Origin: a phage
DNA: 1,110 nucleotides
Sequence record: MN525561.1
Reading direction: 5' to 3' (one strand)
Part shown: piece after piece, positions 1-1,110 of the stretch
How positions within the stretch are numbered: position 1 is the stretch's first letter
Layout of the letters: each line of letters begins with the position of its first letter
Notes under the pieces: model-generated
What the model was told of the DNA's origin: nothing
The model's input: only the letters and a program-made list of their open reading frames with translations
Databases searched by the model: none
Position numbers and translations under genes: made by a program

Positions 1-1110
1 ATGGCTCTTACTAATTCTGAGAAATCTCGTTTTTTTCTTGCTGATCTTACTGGTGAGGTTCAGTCTATTCCTAATACTTATGGTTATATTTCTGGTCTTG
101 GTCTTTTTCGTTCTGCTCCTATTACTCAGACTACTTTTCTTATGGATCTTACTGAGTCTGATATTTCTCTTCTTGATGCTGTTGATCGTACTTCTCGTAA
201 AGCTGAGACTTCTGCTCCTGAGCGTGTTAAACAGATTTCTTTTCCTATGATGTATTTTAAAGAGGTTGAGTCTATTACTCCTGATGAGATTCAGGGTGTT
301 CGTCAGCCTGGTACTGCTAATGAGCTTACTACTGAGGCTATTGTTCGTGCTCGTAAACTTATGAAAATTCGTACTAAATTTGATATTACTCGTGAGTTTC
401 TTTTTATGCAGGCTCTTAAAGGTAAAGTTATTGATGCTAATGGTGTTCTTTATGCTGATCTTTTTAAACAGTTTGATGTTGAGAAAAAAACTGTTTATTT
501 TGATCTTGATAATCCTAATGCTGATATTGATGCTGCTATTGAGGAGCTTCGTATGCATATGGAGGATGAGGCTAAAGTTGGTACTGTTATTAATGGTGAG
601 GAGATTCATATTGTTGTTGATCGTCTTTTTTTTTCTAAACTTATTAAACATCCTAAAATTCGTGATGCTTATCTTGCTCAGCAGACTCCTCTTGCTTGGC
701 AGCAGATTACTGGTTCTCTTCGTACTGGTGGTACTGATGGTGTTCAGGCTCATATGAATACTTTTTATTATGGTGGTGTTAAATTTGTTCAGTATAATGG
801 TAAATTTCAGGATAAACGTGGTAAAACTCATGTTCTTGTTTCTATTGATGGTGTTGCTAATACTGTTGGTGTTGGTCATGCTTTTCCTAATGTTTCTATG
901 CTTGGTGAGGCTAATAATATTTTTGAGGTTGCTTATGGTCCTTGCCCTAAAATGGGTTATGCTAATACTCTTGGTCAGGAGCTTTATGTTTTTGAGTATG
1001 AGAAAGATCGTGATGAGGGTATTGATTTTGAGGCTCATTCTTATATGCTTCCTTATTGCACTCGTCCTCAGCTTCTTGTTGATGTTCGTTCTGATGCTGC
1101 TCCTCAGGAT
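1..1110 (+). CDS. Phage major capsid protein, lambda gpE-like family (HK97 fold); 3'-partial CDS with no stop codon in the window; synthetic or back-translated single-codon encoding
   Basis: Frame +1 is open for all 370 codons from the ATG at 1-3 to the window end, and the translation has balanced, globular-protein-like composition. From memory of lambda gpE, it shares local motifs in the same order: MQALKGK (nt 406-426) vs lambda MQAVSAVLKGK, IHIVVDRLFF (nt 604-633) vs lambda NIIVFDPKGWALF, YGPC (nt 934-945) vs lambda YGC, and C-terminal RPQLLVDV (nt 1063-1086) vs lambda APLMLLADPDEF. The family assignment rests on recalled sequence, not a database search. Start codon assumed at position 1; the true 3' end lies beyond the window. 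Confidence 0.8.
   Translation, partial: MALTNSEKSRFFLADLTGEVQSIPNTYGYISGLGLFRSAPITQTTFLMDLTESDISLLDAVDRTSRKAETSAPERVKQISFPMMYFKEVESITPDEIQGVRQPGTANELTTEAIVRARKLMKIRTKFDITREFLFMQALKGKVIDANGVLYADLFKQFDVEKKTVYFDLDNPNADIDAAIEELRMHMEDEAKVGTVINGEEIHIVVDRLFFSKLIKHPKIRDAYLAQQTPLAWQQITGSLRTGGTDGVQAHMNTFYYGGVKFVQYNGKFQDKRGKTHVLVSIDGVANTVGVGHAFPNVSMLGEANNIFEVAYGPCPKMGYANTLGQELYVFEYEKDRDEGIDFEAHSYMLPYCTRPQLLVDVRSDAAPQD
30..36 (+). repeat. T7 homopolymer, arising from codons CGT-TTT-TTT-CTT (Arg-Phe-Phe-Leu)
   Basis: Counted directly: positions 30-36 are all T, with C at 37. Confidence 0.9.
484..490 (+). repeat. A7 homopolymer, arising from codons GAG-AAA-AAA-ACT (Glu-Lys-Lys-Thr)
   Basis: Counted directly: positions 484-490 are all A (g-a-g-aaaaaaa-c). 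Confidence 0.9.
626..634 (+). repeat. T9 homopolymer, arising from codons CTT-TTT-TTT-TCT (Leu-Phe-Phe-Ser)
   Basis: Counted directly: positions 626-634 are all T, flanked by C at 625 and 635. It is a by-product of the single-codon recoding. Confidence 0.9.

Noticed and set aside
38-250. Frame +2 ORF from the supplied track (70 aa, extremely Leu/Phe/Ile/Val-rich), which could be misread as a small membrane protein.
   Set aside because: It is an artefact of the recoding. Fourteen of the 20 codons end in T, so frame +2 codons have T at their second position and encode only Leu, Phe, Ile, Val or Met. Stops in that frame appear only after non-T-ending codons, such as the TGA at 248-250 created by ATG-ATG. 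It starts at a TTG rather than ATG, is low-complexity, and lies wholly inside the frame +1 capsid CDS.
247-252. ATGATG (Met-Met) as a possible internal start or ribosomal re-initiation site.
   Set aside because: It is in-frame within the capsid ORF, has no upstream Shine-Dalgarno-like purine-rich element, and simply encodes two consecutive Met residues.
380-757. Frame +2 ORF from the supplied track (125 aa, hydrophobic and low-complexity), a possible overlapping gene.
   Set aside because: Same artefact as above. It is in frame +2, starts at TTG, is composed almost entirely of L, F, I, V and M with occasional R/K, and terminates at the TGA at 755-757 created by CAT-ATG-AAT in the real frame. 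There is no independent evidence of coding.
865-876. Short tandem repeat GTTGGTGTTGGT, and many other recurring hexamers and nonamers across the window.
   Set aside because: These are trivial consequences of encoding recurring dipeptides (here Val-Gly-Val-Gly) with a single codon per amino acid. They are not a genuine DNA repeat, CRISPR repeat or binding-site array.
1-1110. Minus-strand coding potential, RNA genes, CRISPR arrays, transposon ends or terminator hairpins.
   Set aside because: The ORF track reports no minus-strand ORF, and the complement is A-rich at codon-equivalent positions. I found no spaced direct repeats, no inverted terminal repeats, no tRNA-like GC-rich stems, and no GC-rich hairpin followed by a T-tract distinct from the coding-derived T runs.

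Overview
The whole 1110-nt window is one uninterrupted + strand reading frame in frame 1 (370 sense codons, ATG at position 1, no stop before the window ends), so the CDS is 3'-partial. Its translation (MALTNSEKSRFFLADLTGEV...MQALKGK...AYGPCPK...RPQLLVDVRSDAAPQD) looks like an HK97-fold phage major capsid protein of the lambda gpE-like family, but diverged from lambda E itself. The most striking property is at the nucleotide level: every amino acid is encoded by exactly one codon throughout (A=GCT, R=CGT, N=AAT, D=GAT, C=TGC, Q=CAG, E=GAG, G=GGT, H=CAT, I=ATT, L=CTT, K=AAA, M=ATG, F=TTT, P=CCT, S=TCT, T=ACT, W=TGG, Y=TAT, V=GTT). That is the signature of a computational back-translation or synthetic recoding, not a naturally evolved gene. 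The two ORFs in the supplied track are both in frame +2 and are artefacts of this recoding. I see no promoter, RBS, terminator, RNA gene, CRISPR array or mobile element. Whatever system this capsid gene belongs to cannot be determined from this window alone.
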